Source: Spizellomyces punctatus DAOM BR117
Taxonomy: Eukaryota
Assembly: GCA_000182565.2 (NCBI GenBank)
Contig: KQ257451.1
DNA length: 23,842 nt
Reading direction: 5' to 3' (one strand)
The number at the start of each line of letters is the position of its first letter. Position 1 is the first letter of the stretch. Under the pieces are notes generated by a model that searched no databases, was not told where the DNA came from, and saw nothing but the letters and a program-made list of their open reading frames with translations. Shown piece after piece: positions 21,569 through 23,842 of the stretch. Made by a program: the position numbers and the translations under genes.

Positions 21569-23800
21569 ATGTTGACCCACAAGGAATTCGCGTCGCCACA
21601 CTCCACCAGTGATGCTGACGCTAATGGACGCCCAGCGTCTCTTCCAGCCTCGCAACAACCAGCACAGCAGCAAGGACATTATCCTCCGGCGACAACAATG
21701 GCAACTTCTACTCATGATGTAGACGTGCCCACTGTTCTCTCGCCCCAAGATCCCGCTGGTCCGTCCCGGTTGTATGAATTCTACCAATACCTGCCTGAAG
21801 TTCATCCTACATTCCTTCACCTCCCCTCCACGGACTCAAATCATCCACGATTACTCCATCCAGGATTCCTCCCAGAAGCACCTCCAAATCGCCCGTCCAG
21901 AACATCCGATCCACACAAGAGCTCCTTTCCACCGCTTCTTTTCCCGGCCTGTAGTCATGAATTAAAACGACGGCATTCTGTAGGAACCATACCAAACTCC
22001 AAGCGTGCAAAACTTTCCATCGGCCCATCCGAACATGAAGTTATTGATCTCACTGCTTCCGTTGAACCATCGGGCTCTTCAGCTGAACCGTCAGGCTGCC
22101 ATTCGGCGAATGGTGTAGTCGACCTTACAAGTCGGGAGGAGGTTCAAAACGATCAAGCATCGAAACGTCTCCTACTGCATTTGTCTTTGGATATCGACAC
22201 TCTTCGCAAAAGTATTCACGAAAATAAGCAAGAGATTGGACATCTTCGGGCGGAAAGAACATATCTGGAAGAAACTGTCAAGCGGAAAGTCGACTCTCTT
22301 CAAAATGAATGTCGAAAGGCCTCACGTATGACTACCGACTCTGAGACACTGAAATTTGACCACAAATCTCTGGAGCAGTTAGTCAGGTCAATGCAAAATG
22401 CGTTAGCAAGATGTGCAGAAAGAGAAGGTGCTCTCAAAAATGAACAAGCACAGATGGCTGCAATGCGGGCAGAAATACACCACTTACGGACGCGTGTGGC
22501 AGAGTTCGAAGAGATGTCTGTCCGGCATTCGAAGAATGCGGACCGAGATGCTGGAAAGGCCGTGGCAGCGCAGGAGATCGTTGATAGGTTAGCTCAAAGG
22601 ATAGTGGAGTTGGAGCAACGGGGTGCTACGACTGCAGCCGAGCTCACTCAGCTTCGGAAAGATTGCGATGCCTTAAAGGATGCCGGTTCGGAAGAAGCAG
22701 TGAAGTCACAAACGCCAGCAGAACATGTACCTTGCATTGATGAGGCTCTTCGCCTTCAAATCGAACGCTCGATGCTTGAAATGGCGGAATTGCGGGCAGA
22801 TTTCGATCAGTTGAAAATGACCAATACCGAGTTGAAGACATTAGTTGCTTTGCAGGAAAAAGACTATGCTGCTGTCAAAACCGAACGAGACGACCTGCGG
22901 CACAAGGTGGAACGTGTTGACCAGGAAATATCAGCGCTGAAGGCAAACAACGATATTCTCAATCGCAAGATGGAAGAACTGAGGGCGGACCTGACTCTAG
23001 CGGCTCATGACAATTCCCCCAGGTCAAGATGCATATCTCCGCGTGAGCTCAAGTTTGAGAAACCTTCCAAATCAATGTCCCCTCCGGGTTCGTCTTCCCA
23101 ACATACTTTATCGCCTCTTCCCCAACCTTCCGAATCAGAAGACGGCTTGACTCCCTGGACAGCTATCATCCGCCGCGAATATCCTGGCTCTGTGAACGCC
23201 CTAAGTAGTGCTGCCAAGCATCGATTCGAAGAAGCGCTAACCAGGTTCCTAACATCATCCCTGGGTCCTGAGAAAGCCGCGCAATGCCACCTTCCTAGTG
23301 CACGAGCGACCCGGACAGGCACTCTTCGAATGATACCCGCGATCCCCGGACATTTAGAAGAAGAGTTCTTGGACTGGTTTTACGAAGTGGTTGATCACGG
23401 GCTTTTGACCATGACCCCTAAGCAGTGGAAAGAAGTTGTGGATGGGGACGAGCCTTTACCTGTGGGGTGTCGGGAGCTGAAGGTGGAGGTACCGAGGAAA
23501 CCTGCGGCGAAAGGAAGGCGGCAAAAAGCTCGATCAAGGCGTGCTTCTACTACCTCAAAGAAGAAGAAAGGAAATAATAATTCATCCAAGCGCAAGACCC
23601 GACGAGCAGTCCCCTCTCTAGTCCCAGCCCACAAGGACGATTCACGAGATGACGCAGGTCATCGTTCCAGTCGCAGCGCTACTCCCGATGGCTATTCGAC
23701 AGTGACGGATACATCACCACTCATCAAACCGATGGTATTTGTGGAGGTGGATCTCGATGACATTTCTGATACGGATTCAGAGAACGGGGTCGGTTGCTGA
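21569..23800 (+). CDS. Intronless 743-aa predicted nuclear protein: Pro-rich N-terminus, SIM motifs, long coiled coil, small C-terminal globular domain, basic tail
   Basis: Uninterrupted 2232-nt ORF with heptad-rich aa ~200-480, EVIDLT and VVDLT motifs, bipartite NLS-like KRRHSVGTIPNSKRAK, and KKKKG...KRKTRR. Confidence 0.85.
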   Translation: MLTHKEFASPHSTSDADANGRPASLPASQQPAQQQGHYPPATTMATSTHDVDVPTVLSPQDPAGPSRLYEFYQYLPEVHPTFLHLPSTDSNHPRLLHPGFLPEAPPNRPSRTSDPHKSSFPPLLFPACSHELKRRHSVGTIPNSKRAKLSIGPSEHEVIDLTASVEPSGSSAEPSGCHSANGVVDLTSREEVQNDQASKRLLLHLSLDIDTLRKSIHENKQEIGHLRAERTYLEETVKRKVDSLQNECRKASRMTTDSETLKFDHKSLEQLVRSMQNALARCAEREGALKNEQAQMAAMRAEIHHLRTRVAEFEEMSVRHSKNADRDAGKAVAAQEIVDRLAQRIVELEQRGATTAAELTQLRKDCDALKDAGSEEAVKSQTPAEHVPCIDEALRLQIERSMLEMAELRADFDQLKMTNTELKTLVALQEKDYAAVKTERDDLRHKVERVDQEISALKANNDILNRKMEELRADLTLAAHDNSPRSRCISPRELKFEKPSKSMSPPGSSSQHTLSPLPQPSESEDGLTPWTAIIRREYPGSVNALSSAAKHRFEEALTRFLTSSLGPEKAAQCHLPSARATRTGTLRMIPAIPGHLEEEFLDWFYEVVDHGLLTMTPKQWKEVVDGDEPLPVGCRELKVEVPRKPAAKGRRQKARSRRASTTSKKKKGNNNSSKRKTRRAVPSLVPAHKDDSRDDAGHRSSRSATPDGYSTVTDTSPLIKPMVFVEVDLDDISDTDSENGVGC

Positions 23801-23842
23801 AGGGTGAGTCTCGTATCTATTGCTCGCATTGGGACCATTCGT

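Noticed and set aside
1..23842. Prokaryotic-type systems (CRISPR, defence operon, prophage) or transposons; a functional cell-cycle gene cluster
   Set aside because: The sequence is spliceosomal-intron-rich eukaryotic DNA with no repeat-spacer array, transposase, RT or terminal repeats seen. Proximity of KNL1 and Cdc25 can be chance without synteny evidence.

Overview
Eukaryotic, intron-rich genomic DNA with short (~50-140 nt) GT-AG introns and CTRAY-like branch points. Gene content points to an early-diverging, probably zoosporic (chytrid-like) fungus; this is inference, not a database match. Eight protein-coding genes were spliced by eye: (1) 5'-truncated YAR1-like ankyrin protein (+); (2) 85-aa small secreted protein (-); (3) kinetochore scaffold KNL1/Spc105/Spc7 (+); (4) ERICH2-like acidic-tailed protein (-); (5) a protein of four dsRNA-binding domains and no catalytic domain (+); (6) an unrecognised HEAT/ARM-repeat protein of roughly 2,100 aa (-); (7) Cdc25/Mih1 phosphatase (-); (8) an intronless 743-aa coiled-coil protein with SUMO-interacting motifs (+). 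No tRNA, rRNA, CRISPR array or mobile element was seen. The most interesting signals are a non-MELT 'FF' repeat in KNL1 whose two copies differ only synonymously, an animal-CDC25A-like LxRxxT/DSG degron module in Cdc25, the 4x dsRBD protein, the giant orphan HEAT protein with a CGCG-element cluster in its promoter, and a repeat-containing secreted peptide with a triple upstream motif. Exon boundaries are manual and need RNA-seq confirmation.
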